A stretch of DNA of 64,000 nt from positions 124,001 through 188,000 of the forward strand of contig NMRA01000322.1 in the NCBI GenBank assembly GCA_002633005.1. The letters are read 5' to 3'. The notes under the pieces were generated by a model. It was not told the DNA's origin and searched no databases. It saw nothing but the letters and a program-made list of their open reading frames with translations. The stretch's first letter is position 1; the number at the start of each line of letters is the position of its first letter. A program made the position numbers and the translations under genes. Shown one piece after another: positions 26,077 through 38,560 of this stretch. The DNA is from Phoronis australis (Eukaryota > Animalia > Phoronida).

Positions 26077-26700
26077 CTATAACAATCAAACACGAATACA
26101 GTAAGAAAAGTATGACGACATATTGTGCACTTAGGGCAAACAACATGAAACTTAGAACAACCTCAAACACATCAATAGACAATTTATAATAATAGGACTA
26201 GCAGATAACGCATTTCCTTTCACCAAAGAAGAAAACAAAGAAACACTTCATCACGTTGAACACTCAACCATTTGCAGCATGTAGTTTGATATCATGGCAC
26301 GGGTCTGTGCACAAATCCGCAATTTCAATTTCTAGTGCAAAATGACAATTGGAAACGATCAAACAGACAACTTTTAGATCCTGGAAGAACTTCAACGGCA
26401 GACTATTGGCTTGTTATTGGCCATTTCAGGTTACATAATAGGGTAGCTTTTTGGTGATGGAAGGCAGGCTTGTTGCCGCAGTAAACGAATGCTAACATAT
26501 CGAAAGTTTGGAAACTGCTTTTTAATAGTTTAGGCAGGTAAGCCCAATGATCTCTTACAGACTATGCAAGCAGATATAAACATGCCAACTTAGTTGAACA
26601 TTGTGAAAGATTGCGAATTTCTCAGCACCCAAATGTAAACACAAAAGAGAGTCGGTACTGCGATAGTGCAATAACTGGACAAGACTTGGAACTGACTTAC

Positions 26701-26730
26701 TTATTGGTCCCTCCAAGGGTGGTTGCTCTC
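26701..26730 (-). CDS. Gene 2 candidate 30-nt micro-exon: GEQPPLEGPI
   Basis: Identical to 21691-21720, with the same splice sites. Confidence 0.5.
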   Translation of the reverse strand, partial: ESNHPWRDQ

Positions 26731-27496
26731 CTTAAGAAAAAAACTGCGTTGTGCTCAAACAAGCAAAATTTGACAAGAAACAGCGTACACTTGTTTAATT
26801 CAACTTGTAACAATAAATAGTACGCTTAAAAAACTGTATCGTACAAGAATACAAAACACGTTCAAGACCATATTTTCGAGTGTAAAATGACATTTGAGAA
26901 TGACCATTTTAATGACTTTTGAGGTCCCGGAAGAAACTTTCACAGTACACTGATTACGCGCAGGCTTGTTAATTGCTGTCTTACGCTTCTTAGTGGGGTG
27001 AACGACTAGTAACTGAGTGCGTTTCTATTTTCCCTTGATTTAGACCACTTCCGCTACCAAATTGGTCTCAAGTTTTTTACCTTCCTGAGCAGAGAAGATA
27101 TACATGTATCTGTGTGTGTAAACAACTGACAGCTCTTCATTTCATGAAACAGCCTGCCATTTCTTTTTAAGTCATGAAATTTTCCTCCAATTTGACTGAG
27201 TGGCCCTTTGACAACAACTTCTTCACGGTAGATGATCTAAACTAAAGTTGTTTTTGTGAAGGAAAGCAGATTTATTGCAACAATAAATTGGTTCTGAGAT
27301 GTCGAAAGTATATGATTAGCGGTTTTCACAATTAAAGCGTGGAAGCCACACAAACCAATTAAGCACCTATAACCATGCCAACTTAGTTAAAAGCGTGAAG
27401 AGATTGCGAATTTGTCAGCAATTAAAGCCAATGTGTGAACTGATATTGAGCATTTCTGTGTTAACAAGAACACAACAGAGCTGGGAATGGACCTAC

Positions 27497-27523
27497 CTCC
27501 CTGTGGCGAAGACGAGTAGTTAC
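27497..27523 (-). CDS. Gene 2 27-nt micro-exon: GNYSSSPQG
   Basis: Identical to 22476-22502. Confidence 0.6.
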
Positions 27524-30500
27524 CTGAAGACAAAAAAATTGCAGTCAAACAAGCAGTCTTACAAAGGCGAGTACACACTTATTGAATTCAACATGATCAA
27601 TAAACAGTATACCTAGAAAAACTGTATCTCACACTAATAGAAAGCAGATTAAACAACTACACAGCAGTCATTCTAAACGCAGTGCAAGAGCCAAGATTAT
27701 ACAGACACTAAGGAACGGATTGATGAGACGTACTTTGCTACTAGAGGTTACTCATATATCCATCTTTTCGCATCGTATTCTGTTGAGTAATACGTTTAGT
27801 TCGCTTTCGTCAGTTGCCCTGACTTGTGCAGAGGCGCAAATGTTCACAAGATAAGTTTTGGCTGCATTGTCAGCAGCAAAGGAACAAAGATGACCACGCC
27901 AATTTTAGAAGACAAAAATACATTAGAGTCAACTTGTCACTTAATTCGACGCCGATCGCCGGCAAGTTTTCTGATTAGTAAACACGCAACAGCAAATCCT
28001 TGGCAAGCGCCATTTTCGCTATTTACACGTAATTGTAATGAAAATATTCGTTTTACTTTAGGCACTCAATGAAATGCAATGCAACCAAGAGCGTTGAAAT
28101 GCGCTCCTAATAGCACTGTAAACGTTGTGCTTCTATGGGTTTTCCAGTATCATAAAATCTCTGATTTGATGGCACAGAATGCATGAAATCACTCCCAATT
28201 GAGCACGTAGCGTCGTCTGTGTTAAACACAGCAGTCTGTCACATTTTATGAAAAAAGATAAGAAATTCTTAAGATAGAGAGGCAAACGTAAAAAAGATTT
28301 GAAACTAGGGGGAACAGCAATAGTCCAATTGGTCTGAAACTAATCGTCACGTGTTGCCGTCTCTATAGAAGATCATCCGCCAAATTTCACACAGATCTGT
28401 TAAAGCCGTAGATGCAAAAAAGCAAAATTGACCCTAAGAGCGCTAGAATACCAAAAACATCCCAAAAATCAGTATCAGCCAGGGACTTTGGATCAGAAAC
28501 ACAAATGTCAATTTTCATAATCGTGATTTGAGTGGTTTGGCAAATACAGGGGCAGACGTGAAAAACATAGGCAAAAATGGCCACTAGGTGGTGCAGAAAA
28601 TATTAAATCTTTACGAAAATCTAGCTTCCTTAATAAAAGCCTATCAGCTGAATTTCCGAAGATACAGAGGTAAACGTAAAAAATATTTTGCTACTAGGGG
28701 GCACAGTGGTATCTAAATTAGTTTGACATTTGTTTCCGTTTGTCGTTGGCTCCATAGGAACACATCTTTCATATTTCACAAAGCTCCTTCAAAGGGTAAA
28801 GGAGATTCGGCCTCAGACGCGAGAAAAAAAAACAAAAATCACCACCACTGCGGTCGGACGTGTAAGAAAGTTAAATTCAATCGTGGTCCTCTCATCAGGA
28901 ACACGTCTCTAAATCTCTACTCACCCTTTAAGGGCTATGGCAGACGAGGAGGTGGATTCCACAAAACAAATGCAAAAATAACAAAAATGGCCACCAGGTG
29001 GCGCCGAAAATTTCTGTCTGAAAATAGCAAGACGTTGCCGTCTTCCTAAAAGAAACGTAACTGCCAATTTCATGAAAATACGTGACTGAAATCCGAGGAT
29101 ACAGAGGCAAGCCTACACGAAAATAAACATTTTACACCCTGAGGGCACACTGGTAATTGGATCAGTTCGACACACGTTACTCTTTGTCGACGGTTTCATA
29201 GGAACATGTATTTCAAATTTCACAAAGGTCCATCGAAGGGTTAAGGAGATTCGGCCACAGACGCAAAAAACAAAATTTCTACTAACGGGCGACACAGTAA
29301 TCGGACAAACAAGGTGTTATCTTTGAACACACTGACATACTCCGCGGAATACGAACACTGAAGCAGAATTTAAGAATAACAAAGAATTTTTCTTAGTTCC
29401 CATTCTCGAGTATCAAAGTGTGTTCGCTTTTTTTTCAAGACTTGAGTTCCATAAAGCCATGACTATTCACAAGGCAAAGTCCGCCAACAGCATGAACAGC
29501 AATGATTTAAAACGAAGTTACTAAAACTTGAAGAAAACTACTCATGAGACATCTAAATGAAATGAGATAACGATTTTCTTATGTACGAAGAACGTTAAAA
29601 GCAAACCAACCACGGACATTGCAGAGTCGTAATGGCATGTTTGCTTAAGGTTATGCACGACCCCCGAAATATGGCCAAAACTGATAAGCTTCGTAACATC
29701 ATATCTCATTGATGGGATCGATGTATACATTTCAGGTAGAATACTTTATGCATTGTTCTACTCAACACTGTTAGGTACTGTTTATAAAAGATTCCCCATT
29801 TGTATGATGGCTATCGGAAATACGACTGCCGTGATTTTATGAAAAAACTTGCTTGTTGCTAACAACGAAAAGAAAACGATAATTTGGACAGCGTTTTCGG
29901 GATTTCATGTTAATATTTATATCGAACGAAATTAGGTCATGTGATTCATACCGCTGTTGCTATGCATGTATCTTTTTCTAAACTTACTAAACAGACATGG
30001 TGACGTAATGCATTTAAAGGCAGGTTGGTAATTAATCAAAATAATTCTAGTTTCAAAAAGTATACTTTTACCGACTAGTTAAAACTCTATAATTTTAACA
30101 TCTTCGGCTAAATACATCGACAAGTCTATTAGGTCATTCATAATTTTGATGTGTTGTCAGCTGGATGCACGGCTCAGAAAACGTTTAAAGTCACCATTTT
30201 CGATTGCAAAATGTTACTTCGAATCAACCAATTACAGTGTAGATCCTTTGGATCCCGAAAGGAACTTGCTTAGTAGACTGATTAGAGGCGGATATTTTAT
30301 TGGCTGTAGGGTTGTTTTATGACATTTCTGGGAAATCCCAGTAGCAAATCGAATCACCCCGTGAACACGGTAAGGGGATTGAAATAATAAAGAAATAAAA
30401 GACAGTGGTGTCCACACAAAGAACTCTAGAAGCAAACCCAATAGGAACACGGAAAAGTCACAATACTACGTCTGGTCAGCAAACGCAACGAGGACATTCA

Positions 30501-30648
30501 GCCCAATCTAAACACCTACGGTGACATCAACTTTGTCGGGCATTATTCTTGTTCAAATACTGCGTGTAGTGACAAGACGAGGAATTAATCAGCAAACCCA
30601 AGTGCGTTATTTTTGTACAAGAATACAAGGAAATGTGAATTACCATAC

Positions 30649-30690
30649 CTTGTGCACTCGAAGACGCGGAAGCCATTACAGAAGAAGAAG
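30649..30690 (-). CDS. Gene 2 type-F exon (42 nt)
   Basis: cttatag|CT...G|gtatgg. Confidence 0.75.
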
Positions 30691-31757
30691 CTATAAGAAT
30701 CAAACACGAACAGTAAGAAACGTATGACAACACATTGTGCACTTTGGGCAAACAACATGAAACTTACAAAAGACTCCAAACACATCAATAAAACAATTCA
30801 CAATAATTAGACCAGCAGATAATTACGTTTCTTTCACCACATAAGAAAATAAAGAAAGAATTAAACATATAAAAACATTGAACACTCATTCTTGAGTAGC
30901 TTGAAATCATGGCACAGGTCTGTACTCCTAACCTTCATCTCATTTACGAGTGTAAAATGATACTTGGATACGATCAATTAGATTCATGAAGAAACTTCCT
31001 CAACAGACTGTTGGCTTTTTATTGGACATTTTGGGTTACATACTAGAGTTGTTTTTTGAGATAGAAGGCAGGCTTGTTGTTGCTGTAAATGTATGCTAAC
31101 ATGCTGGCACTTGGTTATTGGATCAGTTCGACACTCGTTACTATTTGTCTATGGCTTCATGGGAACATATATTTCAAATTTCACAAAGGTCCATCAAAGG
31201 GTTAAGGAGATTCGGCCACAGACTCAGAAAACAAAATTTCCACTAGCGGGCGACACAGTAGTCGGACCCGTTCGAAAGTCAAATTCAGTCCTGGCCTTTT
31301 CATCAGAAACACATTTGTAAATTCTGATAATGATCTTTTAAGAGTTATGGCATATAGGGAAGTAGCAGTGCTCTGATGTTTTTCGTAAACGAAACGCCTC
31401 GGTTATAATGATTTTCTACCGACTCCCAGCACACCAATACAACAATTTACATTTATAGGGCTAGCAGACGATAAGTTTGCTTCTACCAAAGAAGAAAAAG
31501 AAGCAACTAAACACGTTGGACAAACACTGTGAAAGCATTCCAAAATGTCGACAGTTCAAGTATTGGTCTTTGACAGTTAAAGCAGAAAAGCGCAGTGATG
31601 CCACCCAAACCATGCAAACACGTATCGCCAGGCCAACTTCTTCGAAAATCGTGAAAATATCGCGAATTCCTCAGCAGCCCAATGTGTTTACAAAAGAAAA
31701 CTGGTATTGAGGTTGTGCCTTGTGACAAGAATTCGGCAGAACCGGTAATTAACTTAC

Positions 31758-31805
31758 CTTGCGTAACCGAAGACGAGGCGTTTCCTGCCACCATTGAAGA
31801 GCTGC
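31758..31805 (-). CDS. Gene 2 exon (48 nt): GSSSMVAGNASSSVTQ
   Basis: gttatag|GC...CAA G|gtaagt; phase 1-1. Confidence 0.75.
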
Positions 31806-32774
31806 CTATAACAGTCAAAAACACAGAATCTATCAACGAAGAGTACGCACTTGTTGAATTCAAATTTAACATTAAATAGTGTACTAAGGTTAACTCTACC
31901 TCTCATGTGGATGAACAAAACCTTCTCAAAGACTAGTCACTCTAGACGCACTGCAATAGCTAAGTGAATACCGACAGTAAAACACAGACGTACTGGTAAA
32001 TCCGTCGTTTGGTGTCATTCTGTCGCTTTCCTTATCAGTAATGAGGAGCACAGTTGAGCAGCAAAGGAATGAATAGGACGCTAGCAGCATTCGAAGACAG
32101 CAACAATTTAGAACCGACTTTGGGGCCTGCTGGCGGCGGGTTCTTAGAGTAAAAAGACCCGCAACATTTAAGTACGAATCCATAAACAAGCGTCATTCTC
32201 GCCATATCCACGTTGTTGTAAGGGAAATTTGCAAGCTTAAGTCCACTTTAAGGGTCAAAGCTGTAGGCAATGACGGATGAGGGAGTCGATGAGGAGTTTT
32301 ACAATTTCTCTTAAGGTAAGTGGGTCACGGGCAAAGCATTCTCAGGTCGCAAAACCAGTGGTGTGAAGTTTTCAAGTTTTTTTTACTTTTACAATTGAGA
32401 TTAGCATGGAAATGTGGAAAATACAATTAAATGACGACCGAAAATCGAAAACGTATTAGTTGTGGAAATCACCGTATTTTTAACAGTGTTTCGACGTTCA
32501 TAACACAATATACAGTATGACCTCATTTCTCCGGAGCTGGTCCAGAATTAAGACACGACCGTTAAGGTAAAAGTATGATACATACAACAAGAATGCGATA
32601 CCAACCGAGAATTTGGTTAGAACACTCCCCTGCTTGTCTCAGTCTTTTTTGGTAAATATGTGTTTTTGGAAAGCCAACATGAGTAGCCTTGTGACCGGTT
32701 AGGAAAGATTCATTGTTAAAGTTTGTGGTACCCATTGTGTAGGGGTGTGTTGGAGTTATCTCTTAAAGTTTTTG

Positions 32775-35700
32775 GTACTATAAGTACCCATTGTGTAGGG
32801 GTGTGTTGGAGTTATCTGCTCTGACATTAAAATTGTTCGCGCTCTACAGGTCGCAATTTTCGTCCGATCTCCGCGAAATTTACGCACAACACGTAGGTCT
32901 AGAAGTGCTAGAAGCTTATTGTATTTGTTATGATTGCATCTAAGATGGTGGACATGGCGGCCATTTTGTTTCTGGTTTTTAGTTCAAAGACTCAAAGAGG
33001 GCGCATTGTTGACGTGAACGGCTGAAAATTGGCGAAATGCTAGAAGTGGACAGGTACTACCAATACTGCTGAAATTATGATCTTCCGTTTCCCGATGGCG
33101 GAAATATAGGCAATCGCCCAAGCGCAACTCGATTTTGGGCTGAAAACGTTTTCTCCTGTAAAGGGCGCATTATAGGACCAATTGCTTCGAAATTTTTGAG
33201 GTGTTAATTTTCAATGACGAGCTCTTATACAGTGCAGCGGAACCAGAAGCTTCTTTCAAGATGGCGGATCTGGCGCATTGTCACTCGTTTTTAAATGTTC
33301 TGGGGTCGCATTTTGAACGGGAAGAGCAATTGACGTGAATTTTTGCATGTGGATTTCTTAAAGTATACTCTTTCAAACGTTCTGCGGCAAACTTCTTTCT
33401 CAGACTTACCGTTTTTGAGATATTTGACTTTTAATTTTAAAAAATTTCAAAATTTGAATTCTTTTGAAAAATTTTACGATTTTGTAAAACTATGTCATGA
33501 GATACAGTTTTGAACGTGCTTTTGGATGATGTTTTTCATTTTTCGCTAGGACGCCTACTTTTTTAGTTATTTGAGATTTTCTGAAAACACTGTTACTTTG
33601 CTGACCGGTCTTGCTGAATTGATGTTGGTTTAGCTTCTATTGAACACGACAGTAGCCTATTTCTTACTGATTTCTGACATATTCGCTAGTCATATGAAAG
33701 TTATCGTGTTATTCATAATCGCCACTATCATCATCATAATCACCATCGTCGTCATCATTTCCATTGTCGTATTTTCGGATAATTTCGCCAAGTGTCGCTC
33801 CTCCGTCTTTTTGAATCAGTTAAAAGATATATAATTTCCATACACCGAAGAAACATCTGAACTACCCATTTTAGCTGCTTAATTTTTCTTCAGTGTCATC
33901 GACCTCCAGTGGCCGGTTGTATGAAATAGTCCCAACCAGGGACTCAACTAAGGTCCCTAAGTCTTTTTGAGCATTTGTGTCGTTATGGACGCCCAGATGC
34001 AATGTTTTCCGATCATTTCATCTTTATTATGAGCTCCTCATTGATTAATGACATTTTCTAATAATATAACTAAAATCTGAAGCCCAGAGTTCATTGAAAA
34101 TAAATAGGGACTCAGTCCTTAAATTGGGGATGTTGGATGAAAAGATCCTTAATTATTTTCGATAATATTGACAATTCAACGTAGAGTTCACTCTCGATTT
34201 GTATCAAAGTCAACAGTTGACTTAGTAATGAAACTAAAACAATACAAGAAAGGGCAATCGATGNTGGTACTATAAGTACCCATTGTGTAGGGGTGTGTTG
34301 GAGTTATCTGCTCTGACATTAAAATTGTTCGCGCTCTACAGGTCGCAATTTTCGTCCGATCTCCGCGAAATTTACGCACAACACGTAGGTCTAGAAGTGC
34401 TAGAAGCTTATTGTATTTGTTATGATTGCATCTAAGATGGTGGACATGGCGGCCATTTTGTTTCTGGTTTTTAGTTCAAAGACTCAAAGAGGGCGCATTG
34501 TTGACGTGAACGGCTGAAAATTGGCGAAATGCTAGAAGTGGACAGGTACTACCAATACTGCTGAAATTATGATCTTCCGTTTCCCGATGGCGGAAATATA
34601 GGCAATCGCCCAAGCGCAACTCGATTTTGGGCTGAAAACGTTTTCTCCTGTAAAGGGCGCATTATAGGACCAATTGCTTCGAAATTTTTGAGGTGTTAGT
34701 TTTCAATGACGAGCTCTTATACAGTGCGGCGGAACCGGAAGCTTCTTTCAAGATGGCGGATCTGGCGCATTGTCACTCGTTTTTAATTGTTCTGGGGTCG
34801 CATTTTGAACGGGAAGAGCAATTGACGTGAATTTTTGCATGTGGATTTCTTAAAGTATACTCTTTCAAACGTTCTGCGGCAAACTTCTTTCTCAGACTTA
34901 CCGTTTTTGAGATATTTGACTTTTAATTTTAAAAAATTTCAAAATTTGAATTCTTTTGAAAAATTTTACGATTTTGTAAAACTATGTTATGAGATACAGT
35001 TTTGAACGTGCTTTTGGATGATGTTTTTCATTTTTCGCTAGGACGCCTACTTTTTTAGTTATTTGAGATTTTCTGAAAACACTGTTACTTTGCTGACCGG
35101 TCTTGCTGAATTGATGTTGGTTTAGCTTCCATTGAACACGACAGTAGTCTATTTCTTACTGATTTCTGACATATTCGCTAGTCATATGAAAGTTATCGTG
35201 TTATTCATAATCGCCACTATCATCATCATAATCATCATCGTCGTCATCATTTCCATTGTCGTATTTTCGGATAATTTCGCCTCCGTCTTTTTGAATCAGT
35301 TAAAAGATATATCATTTCCATACACCGAAGAAACATCTGAACTACCCGGCCGGTTCTATGAAACAGTCCCAAACAGGGACTCAACTAAGGTCCCTAAGTC
35401 TTTTTGAGCATTTTTGTCGTTATGGACGCACAGATGCAATGTTTTCCGATCATTTCATCTTTATTATGAGCTCCTCATTGATTAATGACATTTTCTAATA
35501 ATATAACTAAAACCTGAAGCCCAGAGTTCATTGAAAATAAATAGGGACTCAGTCCTTAAATTGGGGGTGCTGGATGAAAAGATCCTTAATTATTTTCGAT
35601 AATATTTTACAATTCAATGTAGAGTTCACTCTCGATTTGTATCAAAGTCAACAGTTGACTTAGTAATGAAACTAAAACAATACAAGAAAGGGCAATCGAT
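32775..35700. repeat. ~1.45 kb direct duplication joined at a single N (34264); contains interspersed-repeat-like DNA
   Basis: 32775-34260 matches 34265-35700 apart from a few SNPs and indels. It contains AAGATGGCGG and GGCGGCCATTTTG motifs common in invertebrate repeats. Confidence 0.8.
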
Positions 35701-35773
35701 GTTTTCAAAAATACCCAGTAGATTTAGGGAACTTAGTTGAGTCCCTATTTGGGACTGTTTCATGCAACCGGGC
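35348..35773. mobile_element. ~425 bp MITE with ~43-bp TIRs (partial duplicate starts at ~33911)
   Basis: GGCCGGTTCTATGAAACAGTCCCAAACAGGGACTCAACTAAG at the left end; its near reverse complement CTTAGTTGAGTCCCTATTTGGGACTGTTTCATGCAACCGGGC at the right end. Confidence 0.8.
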
Positions 35774-35927
35774 ACGTGACTCTAAAGCCAAGAAAATTAA
35801 AGTTGATGAAGATATTCTTAAATGAAAGTGTGTCCTGGCGGAATTAACAATTGATCATTGCATCTTTTTGAAAGTGTGTCTACTCTCTGTTTATGCAGGC
35901 TAGCAATGTACTCCATTGTTTACTTAC

Positions 35928-36053
35928 CGTTGCCACTTGTAGCTGATGCATTTACAGCTGAAGTTGCCACCGCGGAAGCCGCTGATGACGACGCCACGGC
36001 CGATTGATTCGTCACAGATGAGCTGGTGGTGTTGCTAGCGATCGTTGTCGTGC
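35928..36053 (-). CDS. Gene 2 exon (126 nt): GTTTIASNTTSSSVTNQSAVASSSAASAVATSAVNASATSGN
   Basis: aatgtag|GC...AAC G|gtaagt; phase 1-1. Confidence 0.8.
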
Positions 36054-36507
36054 CTACATTAAAACGTATAAATCAATAAACAACAGGATTTCTAAAGTCC
36101 CTTACTCTCACGCAAGAATAACACGTGTGTCCACATTCCATCCATAAGATTCTATAGAAATGATTGGATATGAAATTTGGCTTTCATCTTCTTCTGCCTG
36201 TATCATTCATTGACAGCGAAAATAAATGAGCTATGTTACAGATCGACAGAGTACAAAAGTATGACGAACATATTAGTGCATATTAGTAAAATTCAAGATA
36301 AATCATAGGTTGGTTCACATGTATACCTGTAGTTACAGTGCATGTTGACGAAAATCCTGAAAAGTGCGTGCAAAAACAGCGTTAGTTAAACATAAAGTAA
36401 TTAGTGAAATTAAAACAAACTTGCATCAACGCCAATTAAGCAAATAAGTACATCCACGAAAATGGATTATCTCGATGACTTTCGCCCTCCACAGAAGATT
36501 GATTTAC

Positions 36508-36750
36508 CATTGTTTGGAGCTACAGACACTTCTGCAGCAGCTGATGAAGAAGCAACGGACACTGCGGAAGAGGCAGCGGAAACTACCGAAGAACTTTGCG
36601 ACACGACCGCGCCTACAGATGACAAAGATGCTCCGGTTGTAGAAGATGCGCTCTCAGTTGCTGATACACTGGGGGCTTGCGACACACTTTGTGACAATGA
36701 CGAATTAGCGGAGGAAGCGACAGGAGTCGCAGAAGCTGTCGATGTTGAGC
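36508..36750 (-). CDS. Gene 2 exon (243 nt), Ser/Thr/Ala-rich: STSTASATPVASSANSSLSQ...EVSVAPNN
   Basis: tttaaag|GC...AAT G|gtaaat; inside ORF 36467..36814. Confidence 0.8.
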
Positions 36751-37377
36751 CTTTAAATTGTAACACGAAAACAAACAAGAGGTTAAGTACAGTTACAAGA
36801 CACGCAGTAAGCACAAACAGTGGGCAAGTAACTTAGACAATTTGACACATACAAAGCATGCGACAACAAACAAGTAGGTTAGTCTATTAATTACACCACT
36901 CAACTGACGACTGACAGTACACTGGAATGTTACTTGGCGAGTCTAAACCACATTTTACTACAGGACGGGTAGCAAGTTTGGACTACTTGTAATAAGGCTT
37001 CAGGAACAAGCCTGGCAACAAGTGGGAAATTCACATTGTAGACGAGTTTGTGGAGGAGACGAATTTTACGTGTCTAAAGCAATCTGACTTCTAGTGATCG
37101 ATGATGAGCTGCCCAGATCATGTGATATACGCTTTAAGTTAACATGTTAAGTTTGAGCGCCAACCAATTACCGTGAGAAGAAAAAAAATCTTTCTGGAAG
37201 TTTTGATTTAAGTTAACCCAAATGCTAACAAACACATAACCAATATATTTCCACCAAACATTTCAAGAATCAAAACTCGCCAATAGGTGTCAGTTATTCA
37301 GTACGTTGTTTATGCGAGCTCTGTGAGTGACAGCGACGTATTATTCGTCTACAGACAACGATTCATCGGTCGGTAAC

Positions 37378-37514
37378 CTTGGCCCCAAAGGCAGTCGACG
37401 GCTGTTGAGCTATTGACAGCTGACGCAATACTTGAAAGTGAGGCATTGGATTCGAAGCTGTCGAGGTTACTGAGAACAAAACTGATCAATTCGAGGCAGC
37501 TTGAGGTGGACTTT
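37378..37514 (-). CDS. Gene 2 candidate exon (phase 2-1): KSTSSCLELISFVLSNLDSFESNASLSSIASAVNSSTAVDCLWGQ
   Basis: ccatcag|A...CAA G|gttacc (weak donor). Its phase bridges the 38100 exon to the 36750 exon. Confidence 0.45.
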
Positions 37515-38099
37515 CTGATGGTAAAGAATTCAAGGCAAAGCATTTGATGAAGCAAAGTATTTTTGCACTAGTGTTGTGAAACTTTGAAGAGTTGATGCAG
37601 ACAGTGTATAGTGTAGACATATTTAAGCCCAATACAAGAATAACTGCATTTTAATAATATAGAAGTTAACTCTGAAGACATGAAACTTGTTGAATTAAAA
37701 AGAAAGGGTGTAAGTATATGAAGTAAGAAATTGATAGTACCTGAAGACAGGCAGTCGTCATTAATCCTAATGTTTTATAGCTTTAATTTTAACATGCTGT
37801 AAGCTAGCCTAAAAAATATACTATTGCATGGCAAGTTGGTATTCTGCACCGTTGGGCGCACTACCTCACTGATTCACATGTACTTCTTTGTGAACTGTTT
37901 TCGTAGTTCGACTACAAAACCAATGGTTATAATTACCAGCAACAGTCTCTCTGCTATTAGCAAAAAAGCGCTCAAGAACGTTTCTGACGTGTTAGATTCT
38001 TTTGATGAGGACGTTAAATAAGAAAACAATGACACGTTCCACGCACTACTTGAAACAATCCAAGTTGCGTTGGCTGATGTGATCAATTCGAACACTTAC

Positions 38100-38560
38100 G
38101 ACGTACCGATACTTCCATAGGAGATTGTTATGCTTACAAAAAACGACTCGTAACTTGCCGACGTCATCTCGGACGTGCTTGTCGGACTAAAAGATAAGGA
38201 CAATCCTGCCATTCTAGACACGATGGATGCGTTTCTAGGTGTCGTTTCGGTAGCAGACGAAGTCATTCCAGATGACCTTGATGCATTTGTAGAGAACGTT
38301 TCGTTGAGTGAATTTGTCGATTGTACATCTGGTGAACTGTTTGGGTCCACATTTGCTGCTTCATCGGCAGAGAATGTCACTTCAAATGAACTGGTTGAGT
38401 AAACTAAAGCTGCGTGATTAGCCCTAGACAATGAGTGGGTCGACAGAGTCGCCTGGGCTAAAGACATTTCCTTGGTCAAGGCAGTAGGTTCAATCGAAGA
38501 TGACGTGCTTGAAGATGTATATTCGGTGGTTGTCAAGAATGCGACAGTCTTACGCAGTAC
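38100..38560 (-). CDS. Gene 2 candidate Ser/Thr-rich exon (phase 0-2)
   Basis: ORF 38096..38536 is S/T-rich with several NxS/T sites; acacag|GTA...TC|gtaagt. The upstream link to the phase-1 signal exon is unresolved. Confidence 0.5.

Larger units (their letters stand above)
19860..31320. repeat. Tandem ~5.2-5.3 kb modules (about 2 copies), each with two type-F exons and 27- and 30-nt micro-exons
   Basis: F exons 20867->26035 (5168) and 25317->30649 (5332). ORFs 21591..21800 and 26611..26820 are identical. Confidence 0.85.

Noticed and set aside
33640-35407. Hydrophobic ORFs (MNTTVAYFLL...IIIII) as membrane proteins
   Set aside because: They derive from an (ATC)n-like low-complexity tract within repetitive DNA duplicated at an N join.
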